From contig CAYUCS010000001.1 in assembly GCA_964443495.1 (NCBI GenBank), positions 147,806 to 211,805 of the forward strand: 64,000 bases of DNA, given 5' to 3'. Positions 43,555 through 53,404 of the stretch are shown piece after piece. Position numbers and translations under genes: made by a program. The DNA comes from an uncultured Gammaproteobacteria bacterium (GTDB lineage Bacteria; Patescibacteriota; Patescibacteriia; Patescibacteriales; GWE2-39-37). The notes below the pieces were generated by a model. It ran no database searches, was not told the DNA's origin, and saw nothing but the letters and a program-made list of their open reading frames with translations. The number at the start of each line of letters is the position of its first letter. Positions within the stretch are counted from its first letter, which is position 1.

Positions 43555-44435
43555 TCATAGTCAATATTTCCGGTGGGGCGGGTAACCAGCTTTTTAATTA
43601 TGCTTTTGGCCGCAGCCTGTCCGAATTTTACAAGGTGCCGCTCAAGCTTGACATAACCGGCTATAAGCACGACCGGCTAAGGAATTATGTTTTGACGGAT
43701 TTCAATATATGCGGCGATTATGCAACGCCGGAAGAGGTGGCAAGGCTGAAAAAGACCGACCCCGGGAGCCTGCTGTCCAAGCTTCATTATATCAGGGAGG
43801 CCTTGAAGCCGCGCGACCGCCGCAGCTATATCCGCGAGTCGAGCTTTTCTTTCGACGAGAAGGTGTTCGGTCTTGATATGAAGCGCGACCGCTACTTCAA
43901 GGGCCGATGGCAAAGCGAGAAATATTTCAAGGCGATCGAAGGATCTTTACGCTCGGAGCTTGAACTGAAGCCGGCATTGCAGGATGACCGTTATCGCCAG
44001 ATGGGTGAGGTTATCGGTTCGGCAGAGGCGGTTTCTTTGCATGTCAGGCGTGGCGATTACGCGTCCAGCAAAAGCACTAATCTGGTCCATGGTACTTGTC
44101 CGGTCGAGTATTATCGGCGTGCCGTCGACGAGATCAGGGAAAAGGCCGCCGATCCTAAATTTTTCATCTTCTCCGACGATATTGAGTGGGTCAAGCAGAA
44201 CTTGGATTTCGTCGGGCCGGCTGAATACGTGTCCGGGCGCGGATTTTCAGATTCTCAGGAACTTTCGCTTTTGAGCTTGTGCCGGCATCACATAATCTCG
44301 AATAGCACTTTTTCGTGGTGGGGGGCTTGGCTTTGCCGCGATGCGGGCAAGGTGGTCATAGCGCCGAAACGCTGGTTCGGCTACGTCACTAACGATACTA
44401 AGGATTTGCTGCCTGCCGGCTGGCGGGCGATTTGA
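43551..44435 (+). CDS. Glycosyltransferase family 11 (alpha-1,2-fucosyltransferase-like)
   Basis: 'GGAGNQLFNYAFG', 'SLHVRRGDY', 'SNSTFSWWGAWL'. Confidence 0.8.
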   Translation: MIIVNISGGAGNQLFNYAFGRSLSEFYKVPLKLDITGYKHDRLRNYVLTDFNICGDYATPEEVARLKKTDPGSLLSKLHYIREALKPRDRRSYIRESSFSFDEKVFGLDMKRDRYFKGRWQSEKYFKAIEGSLRSELELKPALQDDRYRQMGEVIGSAEAVSLHVRRGDYASSKSTNLVHGTCPVEYYRRAVDEIREKAADPKFFIFSDDIEWVKQNLDFVGPAEYVSGRGFSDSQELSLLSLCRHHIISNSTFSWWGAWLCRDAGKVVIAPKRWFGYVTNDTKDLLPAGWRAI

Positions 44436-44439
44436 AGAA

Positions 44440-45597
44440 ATGGAACGATTACGCGCTAAAAAGATATTATTTGTCGATCACACGCCGTTCGTCGGCGGGG
44501 CGCAGCTTTCGCTAATCGCTCACGTCGAGTCGTTAGATAAGGCGGAATTCATCGGCGAGATAGCGTGCTCAACGCAAGCTGAGCAGCTCGGTTTGGCACA
44601 AAAATATAGCCAGGCTGGGATCGTCTTCGCAAGCGTCGATTTTCCCAGGCTGCGGCCGTTCGGCGTCAAAGCTGTCGGCCGCTGGTTCAGGAGCGTGTCC
44701 GAGTTAAGGCGGCTCGTGCGTAGCCGCAAACCCGATTTGGTGGTAGCCAATACCGTGCGCGCGAGTCTTGTAGCGTCTTTGGCGGCGTTCCTCGAGGGGG
44801 TGCCGTCTTGCTGGTTCATCAGGGACATGACCTTTCCGCTAGGGTTGTTCATGGCGTTCGGCATCCTGCCAAGACGGATAATCTTCAATTCTAAAGCCAC
44901 GAAGCGCCACTATGCCTCCGCTTTTTGGGGCGGCGTAAAGGGAGAGCTTGTTTATATCGGCCGTAATTTCCATAAGAAATTACAGCACGCTGACCATGGC
45001 GCCATCGCAAGGCAAAGGAATGAGTGGCGTGACGGGCAGGATGTCTTGCTAGTCGGCTTCGTCGGAAGACTGGTGCGCTGGAAAGGCGCACAGACGCTTG
45101 TCGAGGCGATGCGTATATTGAAGCGCAGAGGAGTGCCGGCGAAGGCGATAATACTTGGCACTGGAAGCGGTCAGGAAGGGGATAATGAGGACGAGCTGAA
45201 AAGGGCGGCGGAAGCCTGGGGACTGTCCGGCCATGTCATATTTGCCGGCCATAAGAACGACCTGGTTGTGCCGATGGCCGCCCTTGATGCCTTGGCTTTG
45301 ACATCGATAGAGCCTGAACCGTTTTCTTCAGCTGTAGTCGATGCCATGCAGGCGGGCTTGGTCGTGGTCGGCACGGCTATCGGCGGCACGCCGGAAATAG
45401 TAAAAGATGGAGAGACCGGGCTCCTGGTTTCGCCGGATCGTCCGGAAGAGCTCGCAGCGGCGGTAGAAAGGCTGGTTAAGGACAAGGGCTTGTTTGATCG
45501 GTTGTCAGCTAATGGCCGCGAGTCGGCCGTCGGCGAGTATGCGGCCGAACATACGACGGCTCAAATCATGAAAATTTATTCATCAATCGTGAACTGA
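44440..45597 (+). CDS. Glycosyltransferase family 4 (GT-B)
   Basis: C-terminal E-x7-E region 'EPEPFSSAVVDAMQAGLVVVGTAIGGTPEIV'. Confidence 0.85.
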   Translation: MERLRAKKILFVDHTPFVGGAQLSLIAHVESLDKAEFIGEIACSTQAEQLGLAQKYSQAGIVFASVDFPRLRPFGVKAVGRWFRSVSELRRLVRSRKPDLVVANTVRASLVASLAAFLEGVPSCWFIRDMTFPLGLFMAFGILPRRIIFNSKATKRHYASAFWGGVKGELVYIGRNFHKKLQHADHGAIARQRNEWRDGQDVLLVGFVGRLVRWKGAQTLVEAMRILKRRGVPAKAIILGTGSGQEGDNEDELKRAAEAWGLSGHVIFAGHKNDLVVPMAALDALALTSIEPEPFSSAVVDAMQAGLVVVGTAIGGTPEIVKDGETGLLVSPDRPEELAAAVERLVKDKGLFDRLSANGRESAVGEYAAEHTTAQIMKIYSSIVN

Positions 45598-47459
45598 TGT
45601 GCGGCATTGTAGGAAAAATTAATTACGGCGACTCTGGCGTCATCGAAGCCGCACAGCTTAAGGCTATGCGCGACACTTTGGCGCATCGCGGTCCGGATGA
45701 TGCCGGTTTGTTCATTGACGGATCGGTCGGTCTTGGGTTCCGGCGCTTGAGCATAATCGATTTATCCAAGGCCGGGGCGCAGCCGATGAGCAATGAAGAT
45801 GGCATGATCTGGGTGGTGTTCAACGGCGAGTGTTATAATTATCGCGAACTAAGGGAAGGCCTCAAAGCTAAAGGGCACTTATTCAAATCAGATAGCGACA
45901 CGGAGGTCATGGTCCATGCGTACGAGGAATACGGCGTGGATTTCTTAAAGCAGGTAAACGGCATGTTTTCTTTGGCGGTCTATGACAAGGCGGCAGGCAA
46001 AATATTCCTGTCTGTCGATCGCTTCGGGGTCAAGCCGCTGTATTATTTTGCCGGTGCCGGAACGTTTATCTTCGGCTCCGAAGCCAAGGCCTTGATCGCT
46101 GATGGGTCAATGGCGAAAGAGCTGGATCCGGCGGCAGTCAGGCAATACTTCAACCTGGGCTACATCGCTGCGCCGCGTACTATTCTCAAGGGAATGCGCA
46201 AAGTCAAGCCAGGACACTGGCTCGAGCTGGACGCCGCCACCGGCAAAGTATCCGAGCAGCGTAGATACTGGCAGCTCGAGGTCGCTCGTGGCAGCAGGCG
46301 CCCGGCTGATTATCAGGCTGAATTCGAACAATTATTCCAGGAAGCGGTTGAGCGTCGGCTAATCAGCGATGTTCCGCTAGGGCTGTTCTTGAGCGGAGGC
46401 CTTGATTCGACGGCAGTACTTATGGCCATGGACCGAGTCGGGCGCAAAGGAGTGGAAACCTTTTCCATCGGTTTTGAGGAAGATGCGTTTGACGAGAGCA
46501 AATATAGCCGGATGGCAGCTGAAAGATTCCGGTCGAAGCATCATGAATTCAAAGTGCGGACTGATGCGGTCGAGCTGCTGCCTAAGCTTGCCATGCATTT
46601 CGATGAGCCATTCGATGACCCTTCAGCCTTGCCGACTTATTATCTGGCGCGGGAAACCAGGAAAAACGTAACCGTGGCCCTGAGCGGCGACGGCGGCGAT
46701 GAGCTTCTGGCCGGCTATCCTCGTTACGGCACTTTCGAAAAATTAATCCGGTACCAATCGATGCTTCCGTTGGGGCTGTCTCGGACCCTGGCCGGAGCAG
46801 CCGGCAAGATGTTGCCCGATAGTTCGAAGACGAGCAGAAGGCTTTATTTGGCTTCGCTCGGCTTGGCTGCCGGTTACCAGGAGCACATGTCGGCATTTAC
46901 GATCAATGAGACCGCTGAGATTTCGGGCGACGCTTTGGCTGATGATGGCGGTTGCGGGATTATTTTCGATGGAATTTTGGCCGAGATCGAGTCCGATGTC
47001 GTGACTAGCCTGCAATATCTTGATAGCCGTACGTATTTGCCGGGGGACATCTTGGTGAAAGTTGATCGCGCCTCGATGGCTAACTCGTTGGAAGTGCGGT
47101 CGCCTTTTCTGGATTATACTTTGTGGGAAAAGGTTTTTTCCTATCCTCTTGAAGCGCTTCATGCCGGCGGCTCATCCAAGCTGCCGCTCAAGAAGATGCT
47201 TGCGCCGCTGCTGGGGCACGATTTCGTGTCCAGGAAAAAGATGGGCTTCGGCGTCCCTCTTAATGACTGGTTCAGCGGCGATTTGCGAGGCTTTGCCGAC
47301 GAGCTGCTTTTGGGTGATAAGACAAGAAATCGGGGATATGTTAATATGAACTATGCTAAGCGGATTTTGGAGGAACATCAGGCGGGCAGGCGCGACCATT
47401 CAAGAAAGATTTGGAACCTGCTGTTTTTTGAGCAATGGTGCCGGATTTGGCTTGATTAA
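45597..47459 (+). CDS. asnB: Asparagine synthase (glutamine-hydrolysing) family amidotransferase
   Basis: 'MCGIVG' N-terminal nucleophile and 'LFLSGGLDST' PP-loop. Confidence 0.9.
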   Translation: MCGIVGKINYGDSGVIEAAQLKAMRDTLAHRGPDDAGLFIDGSVGLGFRRLSIIDLSKAGAQPMSNEDGMIWVVFNGECYNYRELREGLKAKGHLFKSDSDTEVMVHAYEEYGVDFLKQVNGMFSLAVYDKAAGKIFLSVDRFGVKPLYYFAGAGTFIFGSEAKALIADGSMAKELDPAAVRQYFNLGYIAAPRTILKGMRKVKPGHWLELDAATGKVSEQRRYWQLEVARGSRRPADYQAEFEQLFQEAVERRLISDVPLGLFLSGGLDSTAVLMAMDRVGRKGVETFSIGFEEDAFDESKYSRMAAERFRSKHHEFKVRTDAVELLPKLAMHFDEPFDDPSALPTYYLARETRKNVTVALSGDGGDELLAGYPRYGTFEKLIRYQSMLPLGLSRTLAGAAGKMLPDSSKTSRRLYLASLGLAAGYQEHMSAFTINETAEISGDALADDGGCGIIFDGILAEIESDVVTSLQYLDSRTYLPGDILVKVDRASMANSLEVRSPFLDYTLWEKVFSYPLEALHAGGSSKLPLKKMLAPLLGHDFVSRKKMGFGVPLNDWFSGDLRGFADELLLGDKTRNRGYVNMNYAKRILEEHQAGRRDHSRKIWNLLFFEQWCRIWLD

Positions 47460-47462
47460 GAT

Positions 47463-48326
47463 ATGATAGCTATGGAAAACGGAAACAAATGTCCGGCCTG
47501 CCACGGCCAGCATATCAGGGAGGCTTTTTTGGAGTTCGGTTTCAAGGTCTTCGGGTGCGATGATTGCGGACACCTTTTTTCAACAGCGGCGGTGGGGCAA
47601 GATTACGACGGCTATTTTTCGCAGAGCATCAGCTCTGAGGCAGTCCTGGCTGCCGCCAAAGCGCACGAGCGATTGTTTGATGACTTTATCTCTGAAGTCC
47701 TTCCGAAGAAAAGCGGTGGCAAGCTGCTCGATGTCGGGACCGGTTATGGTTTTTTCGTCAAGGCGGTACAGGAAAAGACCGATTGGCAGGCGTGGGGAGT
47801 GGAAACGTCAGCCGCGGCGGTGGCAGTCGCTGAACGGGAGCTGGGGCTTAAGACTGTGGTCCATGGGGCGGTGCAGGCGTCCGACTTGCCGGGACCTTTC
47901 GATGTCATAACCATGTTCGATGTGCTCGAACACGTGCCTGATCCGGATTTGCTGCTAGCCTCGATCAGAAAATTGCTGGCTTCCGATGGATTATTGTTCA
48001 TCCATACGCCCAACGCGACCATGCAGCTGGCCAAGGCCAAGCTGAAGCGCTTGGTGCATAACGGAGTAAAGCCAGGCGTCCATTATCTTGAGGCCGGCGA
48101 TCATGTCAATGTTTACACTCAGCGATCGGCCAGGACAGTGCTTGGACGTAATGGATTCAATGAGGTGTCGTTCCTGCATCTCCATCATTTGCAAATCGTT
48201 TCCGGCAGCCGCAATCCTTTTAAAATTTTCCTGAAGAACGCCTGGCACGCCGTTTCCATCGTCTGCCATTGGTTGACTGCCGGGAAGGCCAATATCGATA
48301 ATTTATTCATAATCGCCAAGAAATAA
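47463..48326 (+). CDS. Class I SAM-dependent methyltransferase with an N-terminal Zn-ribbon
   Basis: 'CPACHG...CDDCGH' and 'LLDVGTGYG' motif I. Confidence 0.75.
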   Translation: MIAMENGNKCPACHGQHIREAFLEFGFKVFGCDDCGHLFSTAAVGQDYDGYFSQSISSEAVLAAAKAHERLFDDFISEVLPKKSGGKLLDVGTGYGFFVKAVQEKTDWQAWGVETSAAAVAVAERELGLKTVVHGAVQASDLPGPFDVITMFDVLEHVPDPDLLLASIRKLLASDGLLFIHTPNATMQLAKAKLKRLVHNGVKPGVHYLEAGDHVNVYTQRSARTVLGRNGFNEVSFLHLHHLQIVSGSRNPFKIFLKNAWHAVSIVCHWLTAGKANIDNLFIIAKK

Positions 48327-48328
48327 TA

Positions 48329-49027
48329 ATGACTGCACGCAAGCTGTCGGTGGTGATGCCGGCCTACAATGAAGAGAAGACCATACTCAAGATAATTTTC
48401 AGGGTCGAAGAGGCTTTGTCCGCACTCGATATGCCGAGCGAGCTGATAATCGTCGATGATTGCTCGACCGACCGCACCCCGGATGCTTTGCAGTCGGTTG
48501 CCGGCCGCCATAACGTTTTGCATCATGAGGCAAATCGGGGCAAGGCGGCAGCTCTGCGCACCGGTTTCGCGGCCGCAACCGGCGACATCATCCTGATCCA
48601 GGATGCTGATCTCGAATACGACCCGTCCGATTATCCGGCGCTATTGAAGCCGATTTTGGCTGGAGAGTGCGAGGTCGTTTACGGCTCGCGTTTCTTGAGA
48701 CGCGGGCATCATCCCCGATACCGCCTGTTTTATTTGGGCAACAAAGTGCTGTCGTTGTTATCTAGCCTGGTTTTCGGCCAGCGTATCAGCGACATGGAGA
48801 CTTGTTATAAAGTCTTTACCCGTGAAGTCCTGTCGAAGGTCAAGCTCAAATCGGAGCGCTTTAATTTTGAGCCAGAGATCACGGCTAAAATAATCAGAGC
48901 GGGGCACAGGATCAAAGAAGTTCCCATCAGCTACGATAGCCGCAGCTTCGAAGATGGCAAGAAAATCGGTTGGCGGGACGGGGTGGCCGCAATTTATTGC
49001 CTTGTAAAATATAGATTCTTCGATTGA
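48329..49027 (+). CDS. Glycosyltransferase family 2 (polyprenol-phosphate glycosyltransferase-like)
   Basis: 'SVVMPAYNEE', 'IVDDCSTD', 'LIQDADLEYDP'. Confidence 0.85.
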   Translation: MTARKLSVVMPAYNEEKTILKIIFRVEEALSALDMPSELIIVDDCSTDRTPDALQSVAGRHNVLHHEANRGKAAALRTGFAAATGDIILIQDADLEYDPSDYPALLKPILAGECEVVYGSRFLRRGHHPRYRLFYLGNKVLSLLSSLVFGQRISDMETCYKVFTREVLSKVKLKSERFNFEPEITAKIIRAGHRIKEVPISYDSRSFEDGKKIGWRDGVAAIYCLVKYRFFD

Positions 49028-49650
49028 TGAGCATCGCAAATTATTACCAGCCGGAAACGCTGAGCACTATTAATTTCATCCCGCCTGTTTTCTGGGGCAG
49101 GATTTCGCTTACGGTCATCGTCGGCTCAGCATTTTTGGCCGCCTTTTTGCTGGTTTACCTGCGCGGGCGCAGTCAAGGCAAACCATTGAGGGCAGGTTCG
49201 GTCGTCCGCCTGATCGGCTTCTTTTGGTTGCCGTTGCTGTCCGTTTTTATCTATAACCAGTTTCGCGATTTTCAAGATAATTGGTCTTATCCGGCTGACC
49301 GGCCAGGCAAGGAAATTGCCAGGCTGTGCGACATTGATCAACGCCAAGGGCTTGGCGGCTTGCTTTGCGCCATTAATGGCTATATGGCTTATGTTAAGAA
49401 GACTTTGCCGGAGGGGGCAACCATAAGGCTGGCAGTCGCCCCGGGAATCGAAAATAATTTTTATTATAGCTTGCTGGATCGGGCGAGGTTCGTGAAGGAC
49501 GCCGATTATGTGCTGATGTATTATCCCCAAGGCTACTTGGTGAAGGATAACGCGGTGTATGAACGGAGCGGCAAGTTGGCCGCGGAGTTTGCCGGTTACA
49601 AGCCGGTCCGGGTATTTTCTCCGCTCCAGGCGGTTTTGGTAAAAAAATGA
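49027..49650 (+). CDS. Hypothetical membrane protein
   Basis: ATG overlaps the preceding stop by 1 nt. Two N-terminal TM segments; no recognised family. Confidence 0.45.
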   Translation: MSIANYYQPETLSTINFIPPVFWGRISLTVIVGSAFLAAFLLVYLRGRSQGKPLRAGSVVRLIGFFWLPLLSVFIYNQFRDFQDNWSYPADRPGKEIARLCDIDQRQGLGGLLCAINGYMAYVKKTLPEGATIRLAVAPGIENNFYYSLLDRARFVKDADYVLMYYPQGYLVKDNAVYERSGKLAAEFAGYKPVRVFSPLQAVLVKK

Positions 49651-49651
49651 T

Positions 49652-50971
49652 ATGGTCATATTCGGCATTCTGATATTCTTGCTTTCCGTGCTTCTTTTCG
49701 GCTATCTGACGCTGTTGCGTTTGAAGTTGGATTTCGGTTTTTGGGCAAATGCCGCTCTTTCTTTCGGCTTAGGCAGCGGCCTTGTCACTATCCAGCTTTT
49801 TATCTGGATGTTCCTCCTGCGCCAGTCCCATGTTGCTCCTGGATTTGTCTTGCTTCTGCTCATCGAATTGTCAGTCCTTCTTTATTTTTTGTGGCCGTCT
49901 CTTGACTTGAAGAATATCGGCATCTCGCCGATCGAGCTGAAGGGCAAAGAACTGGCGCTTTTGGCTGTGATTTTGGCGCAGTCGGCGGCAATCATGTTCA
50001 GCGCGCTGACCCGGCCGGTCGTGACGTCGGACAGCCTTTCGATGTGGTCGCTCAAGGCTAAGGCGCTCTATTATAGCGGTAAAGTGGATTTCTTGCCGGA
50101 GGGGTTCTTTTACCTGGGGGGCGGCGGACACGTGAATTACCCTTGGCACTTGCCGCTGTTCGAGCTCTGGTTTTATAAATGCCTTGGCAGCTTCGATGAT
50201 TTGGCGGCCAACCTTTTGCCTTTCATGTATCTTGCATTCCTGCTCGCCCTGGCTTATGCCGCGGCCAGAAAATATTTTTCTCGCTCCGTGGCCCTGTCAT
50301 TCTGCTTGCTGCTTTCGACTATGCCGCTGATTTCCTATCATAGCTACAATATGTATGCTGACTTGCCGTTGGGCTTTTTTGCGGCAGCTGCCTTTTTCCT
50401 TCTGTGGGAATGGATAAATAATCGACAGCCTAGCTCCTTGCTGGCTTCGGGCTTGTTTATGGGGCTGGCCTGGTGGACTAAGAGCGAAGGATTGATCTAT
50501 CTCATGGCCGGCGCTATCGTCTTCGTTCTGGTTTCGCGGAGGCGCGCCCTGAAGGAGGCAAAGCTCCTCTTGGGCGGCCTGGCAATAATTTTGCCCTGGC
50601 TCATGTATCTTTGGTACAATGAATTAGGAATAAGCAATGTCGAGCCGGGCCTAGGCTTGCATCCCGAGGTGCTTGGGACGCTGGCCAACACCTTGTTCGT
50701 CGGCGGCAATTGGAACATCTTCTGGTACGCTGTCGTCGCAGTGCTTCTTTATGCCCTGATGTCATCGGGCAAGAGCAAAATCTGGTGGGCTTGGCTGTAT
50801 CTAGGCCTGTGCCTCGGCGGATTCGCGGCCATGTATCTCGTCACCAATAATTTCCGCTATGCTCTTGACTATACGGCCGTTGCCAGAAATATTCTCGCCT
50901 CGGTACCGCTCTCGGTGCTCGTCGTTATAATAACGCTGGGCGAGTCGGAAAAAAGTAAGAAAAATCAATGA
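49652..50971 (+). CDS. GT-C fold polytopic glycosyltransferase (ArnT/PMT_2-like)
   Basis: About 11 TM segments and a short-loop architecture typical of lipid-linked-sugar transferases. Follows a GT2 polyprenol-P transferase. Confidence 0.6.
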   Translation: MVIFGILIFLLSVLLFGYLTLLRLKLDFGFWANAALSFGLGSGLVTIQLFIWMFLLRQSHVAPGFVLLLLIELSVLLYFLWPSLDLKNIGISPIELKGKELALLAVILAQSAAIMFSALTRPVVTSDSLSMWSLKAKALYYSGKVDFLPEGFFYLGGGGHVNYPWHLPLFELWFYKCLGSFDDLAANLLPFMYLAFLLALAYAAARKYFSRSVALSFCLLLSTMPLISYHSYNMYADLPLGFFAAAAFFLLWEWINNRQPSSLLASGLFMGLAWWTKSEGLIYLMAGAIVFVLVSRRRALKEAKLLLGGLAIILPWLMYLWYNELGISNVEPGLGLHPEVLGTLANTLFVGGNWNIFWYAVVAVLLYALMSSGKSKIWWAWLYLGLCLGGFAAMYLVTNNFRYALDYTAVARNILASVPLSVLVVIITLGESEKSKKNQ

Positions 50972-51795
50972 TTATATTTTTCATCTTCGTGTTCGCTTTC
51001 GGCCTGATTATCGGCTCTTTTTTGAACTGCCTGATATGGAGGCTGCATAAAGCGGAAACGGTTTTGGGGCGGTCATATTGCCCGCACTGCCAGCACCAGC
51101 TGGCCTGGTATGATAACGTGCCAGTGCTGAGCTTCGCCTTGCTTCGAGGCAGGTGCCGTTACTGCCGCAAGCCGATTTCTTGGCAGTATCCATTGGTCGA
51201 GATGGTGACAGGAGTCTTATTCCTGACGGCCTTTATTCTTGAATTGAGTAAAATACAGTTAACGGGCGATAATTTCCAATCTTTCCCTTGGGGACAAGCC
51301 AGTTTTCAATTGGTCAGAGACTGGTTCGTGATCGCAGTGATGATGGTAATTTTTATCTATGACCTGCGGTGGTATCTGATTTTGGATAAGGTGACATTCC
51401 CGTCGATGGCGATCGTGATTTTGTTTAATCTGTTCTTGGAATTCGGCTTGTCTGGCGGGGAGGCGGTATTGAGTTGGCGCAATTGGCTGATTTCTGGTAT
51501 AATAGGTGGTAGCTTCTTCTTATTGCAGTTTATTGCCACCAAAGGTAAGGGCATCGGCGGCGGCGATTTACGCCTCGGGTTGCTTATGGGATTGATCCTG
51601 GGCTGGCAAGGCTTGGTGGTAGCCCTGTTCGTGGCCTATTTCTCCGGCTCGATCATCGGGCTCTCGCTTATCATGGCTGGCAAGAAGCAGTGGGGTTCCA
51701 AATTGCCTTTCGGAGTTTTTCTCGCCCCGGCCACTATCGTCGCCCTTTTCTGGGGGCAGCCGATCTGGCAATGGTTCTCCCAATGGCTATATTAA
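50968..51795 (+). CDS. pilD: Prepilin peptidase / N-methyltransferase PilD (A24 family)
   Basis: 'CPHCQHQLAWYDNVPVLSF...GRCRYC' Zn motif and catalytic 'GGGDLRLG'. Confidence 0.9.
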   Translation: MIIFFIFVFAFGLIIGSFLNCLIWRLHKAETVLGRSYCPHCQHQLAWYDNVPVLSFALLRGRCRYCRKPISWQYPLVEMVTGVLFLTAFILELSKIQLTGDNFQSFPWGQASFQLVRDWFVIAVMMVIFIYDLRWYLILDKVTFPSMAIVILFNLFLEFGLSGGEAVLSWRNWLISGIIGGSFFLLQFIATKGKGIGGGDLRLGLLMGLILGWQGLVVALFVAYFSGSIIGLSLIMAGKKQWGSKLPFGVFLAPATIVALFWGQPIWQWFSQWLY

Positions 51796-51799
51796 TATC

Positions 51800-53326
51800 A
51801 TGAAGACTCGGCAAAAAAATACAGGTATCGGTCTGGCAACCAATCTTTTTCTAGGCTTAGTAACGCTAGCTGCTTTGGGGCAGCTTTATTTTTATCTTTT
51901 CGGTCCGGGATATGAGCTGGTACGCGCCCAGTCAACCACTAACGGCGGCAATGTCCATGGCTATGCCTGGTCGAGCAATTTCGGCTGGGTCAGCTTCAAT
52001 TGCAATCAGACAGACAGCAATACCTGCGCCAGCCATCCCTATGGCGTCAGCATCGATGCCGTCACCGGCCAGTTTTCGGGCTATGCCTGGTCCAGCAATG
52101 CCGGCTGGATCTATTTCGGACCGCCGGAAGAAATGGCCGAGGTCATCGCCTCGAGTTCGTCGCCGAATTCGCCCCATCAGTGGCCGGTTTACAGCTTTAC
52201 TGACCGGCGGGTCAGAGGCTGGGCCAAGGTCGTCTCCATGCCAGGCGATGAAGGATGGATCGATTTCACGCGCGATACGGACAATTATCAGCCGGGCATC
52301 AGGGGCACGATCGATGACGCGACCAAGCAGGTCAGGTTCGATGGTTGGGCTTGGGATGGCGATGCTGCGAAGAAGGCTGGTGTCGGTTGGATCGAATTCA
52401 GCAGCGCTCGCCCCGGTTTCGTTTATGCCACGGGCTTGACCGGCCCGATGGCCACCAACCTGGTATCGCCGATCCGGACGCTTGATGCGGCCTGCGCCTC
52501 CGGCGATTCCAAGACGATCGGCGTCAGCTTCAATTACGAGAACAATTACAAATATTGCTACAATGCAGCCGGTGACACGACTAACTCAAGGACGTGCCGA
52601 GATGACGAGCACTGCTCCGACCGTTTCGGCGCGAGTTACCCGACTTGCAAGCAGGGACGTATGGCCAAATACGATTTCGTTCTCAAGTCCGATGTTGCGG
52701 GGAATGAGCCGAGCTGGCCTGCAGCCAGCGGCGATGAAGTCGGAACTACGACTTACCGCATCGCGGAAAACAATGCCGGTATCAGTTTTTATAGTAATAA
52801 TGATGCCGATTTTAATGACCAGATCGCTTGGGGTGCCAAATATCATGTCTGGGTCAGGACCTGGGATGAAAATGACCAGACCTCCGGCTGGGTATCGCTG
52901 GATCGAACAGATGACGGCGGCTGGATTATCGAGGATGGCGACCAAACAACCTTCACTATGCCGGAACACAGCGTCCCTCGCGTAGCTTTTACTTGGACGC
53001 CGGCGAACCCAAGCAAAGAGGAAATCGTGACCTTCGAACCCACTGATTCGACTTCGACCACGGCCGTTTATCGCGGTACGGCCGGCGAAGAAACGATCGG
53101 AGTGAGGCCGGACACGGCATCGGGCGATAGCTGGAGCTGGATTTTCAATAACGGCAACCCGGCCACCTCTACCGAGGAGCGGCCGAAGGTCCAGATGGTC
53201 AATAATGGCCTGACCTCGATTACTTTGACCCTGAGGGATGCTGACGGCTATCAATGTACCAGCACTCCGCAAACCTTCAACGCCAACTTGAAATTGCCGA
53301 ATTGGAAAGAAAATAACCCCAAATAA
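51800..53326 (+). CDS. Large exported/anchored protein with repeated G(Y/W)AW...GW(I/V)xF motifs and a PKD-like C-terminal domain
   Basis: N-terminal hydrophobic segment. Repeats 'GYAWSSNFGWVSF', 'GYAWSSNAGWIYF', 'GWAKVVSMPGDEGWIDF', 'GWAWDGDAAKKAGVGWIEF'. Located between pilD and the minor pilins. Confidence 0.6.
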   Translation: MKTRQKNTGIGLATNLFLGLVTLAALGQLYFYLFGPGYELVRAQSTTNGGNVHGYAWSSNFGWVSFNCNQTDSNTCASHPYGVSIDAVTGQFSGYAWSSNAGWIYFGPPEEMAEVIASSSSPNSPHQWPVYSFTDRRVRGWAKVVSMPGDEGWIDFTRDTDNYQPGIRGTIDDATKQVRFDGWAWDGDAAKKAGVGWIEFSSARPGFVYATGLTGPMATNLVSPIRTLDAACASGDSKTIGVSFNYENNYKYCYNAAGDTTNSRTCRDDEHCSDRFGASYPTCKQGRMAKYDFVLKSDVAGNEPSWPAASGDEVGTTTYRIAENNAGISFYSNNDADFNDQIAWGAKYHVWVRTWDENDQTSGWVSLDRTDDGGWIIEDGDQTTFTMPEHSVPRVAFTWTPANPSKEEIVTFEPTDSTSTTAVYRGTAGEETIGVRPDTASGDSWSWIFNNGNPATSTEERPKVQMVNNGLTSITLTLRDADGYQCTSTPQTFNANLKLPNWKENNPK

Positions 53327-53332
53327 ATAGCG

Positions 53333-53362
53333 AAAAACTGCCCGGCCAGGGCAGTTTTTTTG
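53333..53362 (+). terminator. Intrinsic terminator
   Basis: AAAAACTGCCC-GGCCA-GGGCAGTTTTT, then T-rich sequence. Confidence 0.65.
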
Positions 53363-53404
53363 TTTGGAAAATGGCGCTCGCTGTGGTATGATTTAGTTGA
53401 ATAT

